A DNA stretch of 63,496 nt, counting the filler, from Rhabdomonas costata (lineage: Eukaryota): assembly GCA_019059605.1 (NCBI GenBank). It is 41 parts of 41 records of this genome, joined end to end, with 100 filler letters (N's around TTAATTAATTAA, not from the genome) between each part and the next. Parts side by side here need not be neighbours in the genome. Positions count along the whole stretch, not along the records: positions 38,787 to 40,237 come from JAHMHO010015605.1; positions 40,338 to 41,788 come from JAHMHO010015606.1; positions 41,889 to 43,338 come from JAHMHO010015607.1; positions 43,439 to 44,889 come from JAHMHO010015608.1; positions 44,990 to 46,440 come from JAHMHO010015609.1; positions 46,541 to 47,991 come from JAHMHO010015610.1; positions 48,092 to 49,542 come from JAHMHO010015611.1; positions 49,643 to 51,093 come from JAHMHO010015612.1; 33 more parts are not named here. One strand, 5' to 3'. The notes beneath the pieces were generated by a model. The model was not told the DNA's origin. It did no database searches and saw nothing but the letters and a program-made list of their open reading frames with translations. Every line of letters starts with the position of its first letter. Within the stretch, counting starts at the first letter, position 1. The position numbers and the translations under genes were made by a program. Positions 38,787 to 51,643 of this stretch are shown here, piece after piece.

Positions 38787-39858
38787 GGGGGGCTGGCCGA
38801 GCTGCTGGTGCCGGATCTGCAGCTGCGGTACAGCAACATGCACGTCTCCGCGCACCTCACCCGGGTCAAAGTGTGGAGCACGGGGTGTGGGGTGGCGCCG
38901 CCCCCCGCAGGCTTTGCTCTGGCCGTGGTGCCGCATCCCAGCGAGTTCGTAGCGGAGTTCGAGAACCCCCGTACCTTCGACAGAGAGAATGTCAAGCACA
39001 ACGTCAGGTCGTGGTTGCTGTTTGGTTTCTGGAATTGTAAGTGGGATGGAGGCAATGAGGGATCGGATCAACGATGGTTACATGCAACCTGCAGCTTCCA
39101 GAGTCCCAGAGAAGGAGAGGAGAGAAAGGATGGAAGGGAAGTGGAGGGAATGGGTGATGTGCCTCCTTGAAAGAGCACTTATACGGGCGCATTTCTTTTG
39201 CATACCGGTATGATCGAGGGCTCGAAGCAATACTGCAGTGAAACCCAAGAGTCGTTGCCGATAGATTCCGAAATCTTGCGCACAGTAATCACTGCAGTCT
39301 TTTTTCCTCGGACCTGCTTCAGCCCAATTATTTTGCGGTGTGTATGTGTCTGCCCCAAGCCACTTTGTTGTTTGCGCGAAAGGGTTATGGTGATCAGCAG
39401 CGTGCCTGCGAAGACGAAGTATCGGATGGGGATCGAGGGGCTGTCTGTGCTGGTTGCTGAGAAGGATGGGCAGACACTTCCTGTGGGCATGCAGCTCTCC
39501 TTTCTGGTCTTTTCAACACCTCAACGGAGTCTCCCTCCCTGCCACCCCACCCCCTACCCCCATGGAAGAAGGGAGAAAAAAACATGCTCGCTGGTGCGCT
39601 GTGGATGGCGTCACGCCATGCCGCGCCTCTCTCCCACTACTTCGTTTTCATTGCTTCACACCAAGGTCCAGCAACAAACGGATACCCTCGGCAACTCAGC
39701 ATGCTAGTCATGCGAAATAGGCGTGCATTTATTTCTTTTTGTTTTTTTGGGGGGGGCGGGCGTTCTGCGGGCTGGATCTCTCGGAGGTTCCCCTGGCGAA
39801 GTTCTTGGAGCTAGAGTATGCCCGCCCCAAGGAGGTCGACAAGGCCGGAGTGGAACAG
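38787..39858 (+). CDS. Three probable exons of an unknown protein
   Basis: LAELLVPDLQLRYSNMHVSAHLTRVKVW...HNVR, SVPAKTKYRMGIEGLSVLVAEKDGQTLP and VPLAKFLELEYARPKEVDKAGVEQ, each followed by GT. Confidence 0.45.
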
Positions 39859-40337
39859 GTCAGGAGAGGAACCTTGCTCCCTCGTGTTTGTACCCGCGCA
39901 CTGGGGAGCACATGTCGGGAAGAAGTCACGGAAAATGGGGCCTTTGGATGTAAAGACGCCCCTGCCCCTGCATCCAATTCCCATTTCCCCTCAGCACTCT
40001 AAATCGCGCAGGCGCTACTTCTCTACTTTCTTCTCTACTAAATCCAGATGCTCCAACCCAGGTTCCCTACCAACCGCTTCAATACCCAGCACCCGCAAGA
40101 GCTTCTCTCCTGCTTCGGGGAGCTGAGAAGGCTCACAAGCGGAGCGTTCGATGCGAAAGACATTTCACAAGTCTTGTGGCTCAGTGTTTCAGTCTTGTGG
40201 TTCAGTGTGATGTTTTGTCAATGATTCCGAACCACCANNNNNNNNNNNNNNNNNNNNNNNNNNNNNNNNNNNNNNNNNNNNTTAATTAATTAANNNNNNN
40301 NNNNNNNNNNNNNNNNNNNNNNNNNNNNNNNNNNNNN

Positions 40338-41242
40338 GCGATGAAATGGCGCGTTACGTTGTCAGGGTGTTGGAAGGCTCCCTGACAGTGGATTGGGAGC
40401 CTCTTAAATCCCTGGCGTTTGGGGGCAACCGCTCAGCGCAGTACCTGTCTTGCCTTCTGTTTATCCTGGGACCGGACTTTCTGAAGGCTAGGGTTGCAGA
40501 TGTCTGCGAGCCTTGGCGGGCCCCATATTTCCTGGAGCAGAGCACCACCGCTGGGCATGCTCCTTCGCAAACCCTTTTGGCAATAACGCTTGCCAACGGT
40601 GTCCGTCCTCATACACGCACTTGCACACACATTTTCGTTGAGGGAGCTCTGTCTTCAGATCTTTTTAACCGTCGCGGTAGCCCCGCGGTGGTATGGTCAA
40701 TCAAAAGTTGGCGTTCGTTTGGAGGCCACGCTTGGTGAACTCGTAGTGCTTCCTGAGGTGAGTTTTACCTACGATGGAACCACCCCCAATTCCACGCGGT
40801 TTGGGTTGCCTCTTTAGCTTGCTCCACAACATAGGTGCAGCAAGACCCCGGGACCTTCCTCGGGCGGAGGAGCTCTTCCGCAGGGCCGCGGAGGCGGGCT
40901 TTGCGCAGGCCCAGTTCTGCCTGGGGGCCTTCCTGGAGACCCATCGTCCCGGCCAGAGCCTCAAGGAGGCCCTGGCGTGGTATGAGAGGGCGGCGAGACA
41001 GGGCCACGGATCGGCCTTGGTTGCGCTTGGGCTGCACCGCTTCGAGGACGAAGACCGCAGTCGAGCTGCCGCGGTAAAACTCTTCCAGAGCGCCTCGGAG
41101 CAGGGCCACGCGGCGGGGCAGTACTACCTGGCCCGCTGCCTGGAGAGGGCCAAGGGTGGCGCGAAGAAGAACGAGCAGGCCGTGGTGCAGCTGCTACAGA
41201 AGGCCGCGGCCCAGGGGCACCCGGAAGCCCAGCTGTGCCTTG
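40338..41242 (+). CDS. Sel1-repeat protein (exons about 40338-40598 and 40835-41242)
   Basis: Repeated A..(W/L)(Y/F)..AA.QG...AQ..LG units (RAEELFRRAAEAGFAQAQFCLG; EALAWYERAARQGHGSA; LLQKAAAQGHPEAQLCLG), with a phase-1 GT-AG intron. Confidence 0.9.
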
Positions 41243-44200
41243 GTTGGAAACCGCCGTCCGCCTCCTTCGTGTGAAAAATACAAATACAAAAACAAATTGC
41301 AGGACAACTCAACCCAAGGCGCAGCGAACAAGCTGGCGGAGGACCACACAGGGCATGCCCACCGAGTCTATCTCCATGGGCATCAACATATTGGTCACAG
41401 AGCCTCTGCTCCTCTCCTTCGTAAAAGTGGTACCTCTTTCTCATGAATTTGCCCGCACAAACGGGGTGCCAATGGTTCAATCAATTTTGGGATTTCTCAG
41501 GGGCATTTTGTACAGGGCCATTGTGTGCCCCCAAAATCGAAAGTCGATTTTGTCGCAACTTCGACCCCTGGAGGTGCGGGATTATTCACCTTTTTTTTAA
41601 AAGGAATTATCACATGCTTTGAAACTTTGAAACTTTTTCATGGTCTCCCTTCTTTTCTGCCACCTTAGTCTGCTTTGGGATGATTGCGCGCGCAGATAGA
41701 GACCGCCTTGATGGGTTCTTTTTCAAAACTCGCAGTGAGTAAGGGCCTGGGTTGCGACGACCCAAAGCGAGCTCTCAACACCCCCACCNNNNNNNNNNNN
41801 NNNNNNNNNNNNNNNNNNNNNNNNNNNNNNNNTTAATTAATTAANNNNNNNNNNNNNNNNNNNNNNNNNNNNNNNNNNNNNNNNNNNNTTGCTCTTTCCC
41901 CTTCTTTCGGTTGCTTGAAAGACTGCCGGGCTTGTCGTCATTCTGCCCGTGGGTAGGCGGTGAGAGGCATGAGGGATCTGTGTGCCTCCCTGACGCTCCC
42001 GACGTGTTGTGCTATCGTTGCACCGTTTCCGCTCAGTTTTCTCCTAAACATGATAAGCTGCTGATGGTTGTGAGGCATATTGACTGGGCTCTTGGACTCT
42101 GTCTGGATGCATGCGTTTTGTTTTGACGGGTGTCCGTATTGCCGGGAGCCGCCTCACAAAAGACGCGAGGCATCTTGTTATAAGTTCGGCATCTGGCCGC
42201 TGCCGAACTTACCAGCAAAGATCGATGATTTGGATGTTTCTGTCACTTGAGCGGGTCGGAGCTTCTGATATTCCACGGCGAACTTGGACCCTAAATTTCC
42301 ATTTTGATCTCAGTTTGTGAGATTTACTTCGATTGTTTTCGATGGCTTTTTTCTGCACAAACAGTGCATAGAAACACGCCCAGCTGCCCACAAACGCGGT
42401 AGTCCGAGCCGTCGCAAAGGAAGGAGGTTGGGCGTCCCCCACCGGGATGGACTTTCCCCGGGCTGTTGCTGTTCTGGGGCGGGCCGCCCCTCCGCCTGGG
42501 GCCTCGGGTGGTGGGTGCCTCGGGGGAGGGGCAGGCCATGCCGTCGGCGGTGTGTTCACTGGAGCGGCAGCGGCGGGTGCTGCGAAGGAGGAGAGGCTGC
42601 ACGCCCTGGCGGGAGTAGTGCGGCACGCCCGCACTGCGTGCCCAACACTGGGGACGTGGGCCGACTGCAGCTCCCAGCCCACGCGGGTCTCCTCGATAGC
42701 TCTGAACGTATGGACCTTTGTCTTTTTCCGTGGTAGTTGCTCTATCGTCTCACCCAAGCGCACAAGCGTGACGTGAATAGCAGAGCAAAAAGGATCCTTC
42801 CCCTTCCCCCTTCTCCTGTCACTCCTTGCGGGCGTAGGGCGCGTGTGTATCGGGGTTCTTGATCGAGTTGTGCCCACTACCACCACCGCGGTAGGATTTC
42901 CAAGCTGAAGCTTCAGCTGGTGTTGCGCTGTGTGGTCGATGCGGAGCCTGCTGTGGCCACTGCCGCCGCTGAGCATGCCGCCTTTGTGGTCCAGAGCAAG
43001 TGCCCGGAACTCAGCGACGTCGTGGTGTCCGTGGTGTCGCAGGAGCTCAGTCCCGCGAACGTATGGCTTCCCAACTTCACAAATTGACAAGCAAAGAGCC
43101 AGATTCTGCTTCTCACGGCACTGTTTCTCCGAGCACTCTGAATGTGGCGTGAAATTATCGGCGACTGAATGTCTCTGGTTTTGAATCCTTCACCCTGTTA
43201 TTCACTGGTCACAGAGTGATCTACACGAATATATACTTGAACGCGTAAAAATGGGAGGGGGAGGCGTGATCGTTGACGATCTGGCTCAGCGAAACGTTTT
43301 AGGCGGTTCAATTTCGAATTTGAGTGTTCAACACAACANNNNNNNNNNNNNNNNNNNNNNNNNNNNNNNNNNNNNNNNNNNNTTAATTAATTAANNNNNN
43401 NNNNNNNNNNNNNNNNNNNNNNNNNNNNNNNNNNNNNNGTGGGTTGTTCGTATACAAACAAATGTCATTCCTTAAACAATGGCCCTTATTTTAAGGGACC
43501 CTGTACATAACCTTTCAAGTGTTTCTCTTTAAAAGTGTTTCTCTTAACGAAAAGCCACTGGTAAAGTAGTGCCAAACAACAAAGTATATGGGCATGGACC
43601 AAAGCGGTGTGCAGGTTTTGGGGGCCGGCACCAAGCTCGACGCGTACTCCCAGACGGTAGCCAGCTGAGTAGCGCACTGAACTGTCACAGGGAAAGTGCC
43701 ACAATGGGAAAGTTGCTACAAAGTGAATTAGCTGGGAATGAGAGAAGAGACCTCAAGGAGAATTTGGGGGTGCAAAACAAGAAATCCGCATAACCGCAAC
43801 GGATTCCTTCATCAATCAAAACCATTGGTGTCCCTAAGGAGTCCCCCGTCAGTAGTGCGTCTTGGAGAAGTATCGCGGGCCGCTTCATATCCCCCCCCCA
43901 CACACAAAATTGGGTCCACTGCTGGGTAAGAAACTGTCAGAAAACTCACAACGACAAAGCCACGACATGATTTCGGTACATACGAACACCACAAAAAATA
44001 GGCAGGTAGAAAGGACAGCAAGACGCTACCTAAGAGCATAACCACCACTATTCCATCACCACCCGGTCAAGAGCGTTGGACCGTTGGACACACACTGAGC
44101 TCACAGGCTTGGCCACGGCAGAGAGCGGACCAAGAAGGAGCCGAAGGGGGCGCAGAGAGGCAGAAAGGAGAGAGTGTGCAGCTTTTGGGCCACATCTGAA

Positions 44201-45137
44201 GAACGCAGAAAGGAGAAAGAAAGGCGATACTTCGTATCGCCCACGGGTCCACGGCGAAAAGTGGACAGGAATTTGGGAGGAGGGGGACATTTGCGGGAAG
44301 AGAGCAGCACACAGAGACACAGACACACAATCCCTCATCATAAACATTCTGGACGTCATAGAGCAGCAGCCGGACAGGCAAAGGGAATGGTGGAGGGGGA
44401 GGCGCAGTGCCCATCCGTCTCAAAAGCCCGCGCCCGAGACATGCAGATGGGTACCTCCTCCACAGCTCACACCACAGAGCACGAGAGGCGGCAGAAAAGG
44501 AGATGACAAAAGAGAAGGGGAGAGTGTGAATGGTAGTGGGGACACAAATGGGCTGCACACACGCACACACGCAAGCTGAATATCACAGAAAAAGGGACAC
44601 TCTTCCAGTCCCTTCCTTGAAAGCGCTACCAGACCCGTCCAAGGGTGGACGGGAGGAGAACCTCTCTCCAAGAGTTTTTGAGCAAGCAAGGTGATAACCA
44701 CACAGATAACGGAGAGGCCCACTGACAACGAGCAAGTTGCATCGTCCAGTAACTGCTGAACATCACCACACCTGCTAAATGCCGAACTTCAAAAGCATAC
44801 CACAAACACAGGAAATTCACTGGTTTGGAGTGCAAAAAAGGTCGCCGTGGAGGAAGAGGATTGCAATATCGGTCGGTAGAAGAAAACAANNNNNNNNNNN
44901 NNNNNNNNNNNNNNNNNNNNNNNNNNNNNNNNNTTAATTAATTAANNNNNNNNNNNNNNNNNNNNNNNNNNNNNNNNNNNNNNNNNNNNCCTGGGCCTCT
45001 CGCATGCCTTTTGCGCGGGCACAGAAGTGACGATTTGTCGGACCGGAGCTAGGGGAGTCTTTGTGCGACACTCCCTTTTACCCCTTCTCTTCCTTCTCTC
45101 CCTTCTCTCCTTTCTTTCCCTTCTCGTGTCTGCGCAC

Positions 45138-45308
45138 GAGCCGTGCGCCCTGAGGGGCGTGTACAGTTTCGTCCATTCCGATGTGAATCAGCCTGCTGCT
45201 CGTTGGATTGGATTACACAAAGGAAAGAGCCCTTCTGGACCGTTTTCGATGATAGATGATTCGCCAACATTTTTGGGCAGTTGGTACTACAGCGCCCAAA
45301 ACTGCTGA
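45138..45308 (+). CDS. Possible C-type-lectin-like terminal exon
   Basis: ARWIGLHKG...FSMIDDSPTFLGSW resembles WIGL...F.WxDGS...W. Weak match. Confidence 0.25.
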   Translation, partial: EPCALRGVYSFVHSDVNQPAARWIGLHKGKSPSGPFSMIDDSPTFLGSWYYSAQNC

Positions 45309-46540
45309 CCGTCCGTGATTTTCTGGACTGATTGGGATCCATGACGGCTTCGACTATGTCATTTTCTTCAATAACCAGTTATACACATGCTCTTCGGTGC
45401 TCTGGGCTGCGAGCAGTTGCTTTTACCGCAGTTTGCGAAAGTGAAGCTGTCCCTTTTTTGCGAGCGAGTTTGGAGCACACCTCACCCGTACCTTCCAACC
45501 TGATACATTGGTTTTTCGCGTATTCCCCGTATTATTGGCATCACCTCAGACTTGGCTGGCCGGAATTCAAGGGAGTTCAAGGGAGCTATCGTTTCCGAGA
45601 GAGAGAGGTGGTCGAGAGATGCGCCTTTTCATGGCCCTTCTCAGGAGCGGAAGCTTCTGTTGAAAACCAGCTTGCGTTTGTTTTTCTCGTTTCGAATGTT
45701 GGGCTGCTCAGTGTCCTGTAGCCCCAAAAAATGTATCGATGTGTCACATCGCTTACTCACTTCACTTCAGGCTATGTTTACTTCACCCTTCTTGGTGTTG
45801 TTTTTTAATTTGTATTTTTGTTGATCAACTCTGCGCTTTCGTTCGAATGAGCTGCAGCCGAAGGATGTCCGCTCGGGCCTCGGAATGCAGTGGAGATTGC
45901 GCAGTGGTAAGTTGGGCTCAGGGCGTAGGTTGCAGAGTTGGTTTGCTTGTAGGATGTGCTAAACCCTTTTTGCACACTACACTACAAGTTGCCAGTGATT
46001 TCTTCCCCCCATCCCCCGAAAAATGAAGCCTGGGTTTGGCTGGTCATTGATTTCGATCGATCGTACGTTTAGTTTCAGACTGGTGTTACCAGAAAGCGAG
46101 GCATTTTTGGTTCCAGGCTTCTATCATCCGCGTGACCTCAAAGTCACAACCGAAAAAGTGCGCTCTTCGATATTAGACGCTAAGGCGAAGGGTGGTGAAA
46201 AACCTGGTCTTGACCTGAAGTTGTTTTTTTTCCCACTTTTTGGCCTTTTCTTTATGTGTCTGCCTCTAGCTTTAACTTTTTAGATGACGCTTGCCATGTC
46301 TCTCAACAGAAGAACAGAACAGCTAAGCTGAGGGTTCCAGATCAGTGGTCTCAGCAATGGAACGCCAAGGCATGGAACAGAAACGATCGATATGAGCCAC
46401 GTCCGTATAGAATCATCGGACGCAGTGAAGAAACCACACCNNNNNNNNNNNNNNNNNNNNNNNNNNNNNNNNNNNNNNNNNNNNTTAATTAATTAANNNN
46501 NNNNNNNNNNNNNNNNNNNNNNNNNNNNNNNNNNNNNNNN

Positions 46541-47248
46541 ACCGCGGTGGGCCTGGCACAGAAAATGGCCTGGATGAGCTGGGGCAGCCGGTCCGCTCCC
46601 CCCTCTCCCTCCTTCCACCACTCTCCCCTTTATAGGGATACACTCAGTTTTTATCACACGGATATTCTCTTCAGCTCCTTCGATGCTGACGTTGGATAGT
46701 TTACAGTCTGAGACAAGCTGTTCAAATTGGGTTTTGGTCATGACCACGAGTCAAAATACTTAGGATGCAGTGTCGGATGCAGTTTAAAACGGAAGGGTTA
46801 GAGTTAGAAGGGAAAAATATCCTCGCGAACAAGTGGCTGCAGCACCGGGATCTGTCTTCTTTCACATTGCATTTGGTTGCAATTCTTTCTGCAGTTTGGA
46901 GTGGTGGGGGTTGCCTTAGGAAATGGGAGCACCTCGAGCAGGAGATGCGGGCCATCATTCCAGTGCTGGACACCCAGGTTTTATTCCTTCTCCTTCTCTA
47001 TTGCGGGTCCATATCTCTCGCTGCCTGGTAATCCACAGGGGCAGCCGATCGGAAGAAGTGCTTCGTCAGTGTCCGCCATCTTCGACTGTTAGCAAGCCAG
47101 ATATGTCTCCACACCCTCTCTCTGCCCTCACCTCCTTTTCCATTAAATGACCATCCACTGCCCTTCTTCGGGGCGGATGGGATCACAGGTCAAGGAGTTG
47201 ACCCACCAAGTGCAACTGGACACCGAGGCTCTCAACCTTTACCTCCAG
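46541..47248 (+). CDS. FTCD: Formiminotransferase-cyclodeaminase, cyclodeaminase domain (exons 46541-46590, 46920-46977, 47189-47248)
   Basis: Spliced TAVGLAQKMAWMSWGSRKWEHLEQEMRAIIPVLDTQVKELTHQVQLDTEALNLYLQ aligns without gaps, from memory, to the FTCD segment [26 protein letters not shown]...LTTLVDADAEAF. Two in-phase GT-AG introns. Confidence 0.78.
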
Positions 47249-49430
47249 GTTTTCGTCCACTTCTCCCCCTCCCTCCGTGCCCCGACAGCGTCCATTGCTG
47301 CAGGTTCTCGGTCTTTAGCAGCCCTGTGTCTGCCATCTGGTCCGAGAGGCTTGGGGACTTGGGGTTGGTGGGAAATAGCGCCTGTTTAATGTTCAACAGA
47401 TCAGCCATTGGAACAGCGGAAACCTAGTGAATCTGCGGCAGCCTCTGTCGTGCACACTGTCGGGTTTCGTGGATGATGCTGATTTCGGTCGATTTTCAGG
47501 TTGCGATGTGTTCGAAGATTCGGGAAGTTTTGGTCGGTTGCCGTGTTCGGAATCCGTTGGCAAAAACTCCGTCAGATTCTTTCCTGCACTACTGCATGTT
47601 CAACTGCAGCTTTCCGTGTTCCAAAACTCGGGTCTTCGGAGAATTCCATGTTAACCTAGGCCGGGACCTCCTCCCTCGTCTGCGGTTATGAAAGATGGAT
47701 AGTTGCTTTGCGAATAATGCGAGCGCCGGATTTTTCAAGTTCGTGCGATTTCTTCTTGATATCGTGTTATCAGGTATCCTTGTTCTCTTCTTCCATTCTA
47801 TCCGGGAGGGAGCCACGGGGCTTCATCTGCCCGCAGTCCTTCCCTCGTGTTGTGCAGATGCCTATCGATGCTGAGCCGCTGTTTGCAACATGCAAACAAC
47901 AAGCAGCCGATCACGCGCGGGTTTCCTCATTACCAATGGGGAAACTCCAGAAATGGGCTAACCGGAACCCCACAAACCCAAACACACCACANNNNNNNNN
48001 NNNNNNNNNNNNNNNNNNNNNNNNNNNNNNNNNNNTTAATTAATTAANNNNNNNNNNNNNNNNNNNNNNNNNNNNNNNNNNNNNNNNNNNNGGTTTGTTG
48101 CTCTTGTGCGTGTCGAACTGCATGTTTATATTTCCTCACCCTTCCTCTGCCACGGGACCTGTGGGCAGATCTCTGTATGTAGGGACAAGTTGCTTCCCAA
48201 GAGGCGAGGATACCGCTTTTCCGCCGCTTTGTGATCGCATGTTTGAGTGTTCACTCTTATGACTTTTGACACCGGCGGAGCCTTCCATTTTTTTTCGTTC
48301 TTGTATTCTTCGTTATTATTTGTAGCCGTGTCCTAATTAACGATATCCGAGCGGAATTCGAAGTTGGTGTGGACCACACAGGGGATGAAAAGCTCCTCCC
48401 CTCCCCTTTCCAATTCTTACAACGTACGGTGCACATTTCGAAGAATCATAGCGCTTACACATCAAACGGGCGAAGGATTTTCAATCGCGGTGCGGGTGTC
48501 GATGTCTTCCACTCTGATTTCCATATTCAGATGGTTCACGCGTGGGTGCCATATAGTGCCGTTTACCAGAATTCCTACGGGAGTTCTTCGCAGGCTTGAT
48601 GAAAGCAAAAAGCCCCCAAGAGATGTTGCTGATGCTCACGCAACTCTCACATGAGCATCCCCAACCACCGCCCGATGTCGTTTTTAAACCCACCGCAAAC
48701 CGAGTCCAGCATCAAGTTAGCAATATTGAATGACGATGAAGAAGTCTGCATATCTCAAGAAAATTAATTGTTCAGTCCTTGGCTATTTGCTTCACACTAT
48801 GTTTTGGCGCTGTCAGTTTACACTCCCAGCGAACTCATGCTTCTCAAATCTTGACCTCACTACCTCCCTTCTAAAGTGAAGAAAAAAGTGCCACACCACT
48901 GCTGCGCACATCAAACACTTGGCTAATGCACTTCACCCAGGCAGATGTGGAATTTGCTAATGTGTGCCTCCGAGACGCAGCCCGATAATGGTGGGTGAAG
49001 ACAGCCCTGGGTGAAGGTGAAGGCAGCTATGACTTGTTTCCGATTTATTTTCCTTGTGGTCTGTTTTGGCTTGCAGCACTGTAGTAGAAGCCTGTTGATT
49101 TTATTGCTCCCCTCTGCTTTTTGGAGTGTGACTTCTTGCCTACTCCCCCATCCTTTTTCTGGAAGCCGTTTACATCGGCTCATCGGTGAGGTGAGGTGTC
49201 ATGATGTGCTCATTCCGTGGGTTTCTTTTTGTGGAGGCACTTCGCTTTTAGTTGCATACACTTTGAGGCCTGCTTTCCCTGCTTTCCCTGCTTTATAGGC
49301 ATAGAACGACGTCACCCAACCTCACCCTGAATCAAACGCCCTTAGTGACGTCTTTACCGTGAATGACTTCCCTTCCCCCCTCCCTTCTTCCCACTCATAA
49401 TGGCACCGCCGGCCGTGGCGGCTCGTGCGT

Positions 49431-49525
49431 CCACCACCATTGCCACCACTACGATGCGCATGATGGTCACCACCACCACCACCGACATCATCATCACCAC
49501 CACCATCCCCACCACCACACCGACC
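49431..49525. repeat. Imperfect (ACC/ATC)n low-complexity tract
   Basis: caccaccaccaccaccgacatcatcatcaccaccaccatc... Confidence 0.85.
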
Positions 49526-51228
49526 AAGCTGACCAACCCCCCNNNNNNNNNNNNNNNNNNNNNNNNNNNNNNNNNNNNNNNNNNNNTTAATTAATTAANN
49601 NNNNNNNNNNNNNNNNNNNNNNNNNNNNNNNNNNNNNNNNNNGTGTTGGTAGGACAAGGAGCGCTAGCGACGAGGACGCAATGATGACTGTAGGACGAAC
49701 AAGCGTAGCGATTGAGGACGCAAGAGATTATGAGTGAGTAACGGAAGCGCGTAGCGGTGGAGTGACTAACATCACATCTAGGATGAGCATGCGATGTAGG
49801 AGCATGCAAAGACACAGCATCTTCTTCTCTTACTCTCTCACATCTTACTCGGTATGCCTTCGCTACACGCTCAGACCTCCATCTCTACCTCTATTACACG
49901 TAGTATGAGATAGAGATGTAAGATGATCCATTGCATTCCAGGAATCAACATCCCTCCTCGTAGGGTCTCATGGTGGGTGATGGCATCATTCCTTATCATG
50001 TAAGCCATCTGTTACACGTACCACCAGATATGAAGGGACGCAAATGGAGGAGCTACTGACCCAAAACCTGGTTAGCTGGATGCACCTCTGCCATCATTTC
50101 CACATCCACACATACAGTAGCATGGTGTGTCTCATGTGTAGCGATGGTTGTTTTAGCCACTGTCACTACCATTACGCCCACACTACTACCATTAACCACC
50201 ATGCGTACACAACTACTACCATGGCAAACAACCACGGGTTTATCTTACACTCACGTTGATTGCGGTGTATGTTAACTGGTAACAGAGGGCCGTGAAAGTG
50301 TGACAACATGCAATGTACGTCCATGGCTCACACTCTGTGTCTCAATATTACTGCAGTTGTTGTACGTGAGCAACATGTGCCTATAGTACACTTGTTCCCA
50401 GTGATCTCATCCATATGTTCCCGTGTTTCCCAGGCTTACCTGAAATAGCTCGTTCAGAGCACTGCTAATCACAGCTCTCAAAGACTTCAGAGGACGGATG
50501 AAAATACAGAGAGGCTTCTCTTCAGGCAAGACACAACCTAAGCAGAAGGAACGAAACCAGGCAGCAACACCACGCACACCCAGGAACCCACGCACCCCAC
50601 CACTAGCAACCAATAAAGTAAGCACCAAACCCAGAGAAGAAGCACAAGTAGCGAAGAAGAAAGGATACACAACGTAGAAAGAGTAGAAAGAATGCCAAGA
50701 GAATCAAACCAGACACAGAAACCCATGAGTAAGACACGACGACACTCCAACACTCCCACTTGCTGTTAAAGCTACGATATTCCGACGCATGTGACATGAA
50801 GACCTGAAAGCATAAACCCAGAATACCGAAACGCCGAACACTGAACCCATAAATGCATAAAGACAGGCACAGCTACTTGAATTCCAAGACCAAACACGAA
50901 TTTAAAGGCAGAAAGCGAAGGCCGAACCTCAAGACATGTGTAAAACACACGAATATCGGAGACAGAAGGCCATAATACCAACACCTGAATACCCAACCCA
51001 CACCCCGAGGCAAACAGCCCATTCAACTTGTAAATCATACGCCTGGGACCATCAAGAGAACCTGACCACCAGAAACTCACTGTACCCAACAACNNNNNNN
51101 NNNNNNNNNNNNNNNNNNNNNNNNNNNNNNNNNNNNNTTAATTAATTAANNNNNNNNNNNNNNNNNNNNNNNNNNNNNNNNNNNNNNNNNNNNTGTGTGG
51201 GGGGGAGCCCCCTTAATCTGTCGCACAG

Positions 51229-51643
51229 GTCTGAAACTCCGGAGACGTTTGCACGGTGCAACGCAGAGATGCTCCAACTGGCGCAGGAGTGCATGGAGGG
51301 CGGAGTTCCCGTGTCCCTGTTCGGTGACCGCCTTGCTGTGATTTTCCAGAGAAGCGCCCATGTCGTGGCTGCCGTAGTTGCAGCCCGAAGGCTGCTGCTG
51401 CGGAACTCTGTCGGGGAGAATCTCACGAATCTGGTTCCGGCTCCGCTGTTCTCCGTGGGGATAGCCACGGGGAAGCTCCTTATTAGTCCCATGGGATGTT
51501 CTAAGATGATGGCCGCAAATGTTCTGGGTGGGCCGGTACAGGCGGCCTGGGGCCTGGTTCAGCTCGCCACGAGGGCTCAGGTGGACATTCTTGTGGAGGA
51601 GGGGGTGGTGGAGAAGGCCCGGTTTAGCTTCCTGTTCACCCCG
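51229..51643 (+). CDS. Divergent class III nucleotidyl cyclase domain (euglenozoan type), probably catalytically degenerate
   Basis: GGVPVSLFGDRLAVIF...FSVGIATGKLLISPMG...NVLGGPVQAAWGLVQLA...DILVEE follows the cyclase fold motif order. AG/GT bounded. Confidence 0.75.

Noticed and set aside
49363-49542. His-rich metal-binding peptide ORF
   Set aside because: It is a translation of an (ACC/ATC)n microsatellite running into the contig end, with no independent coding evidence.
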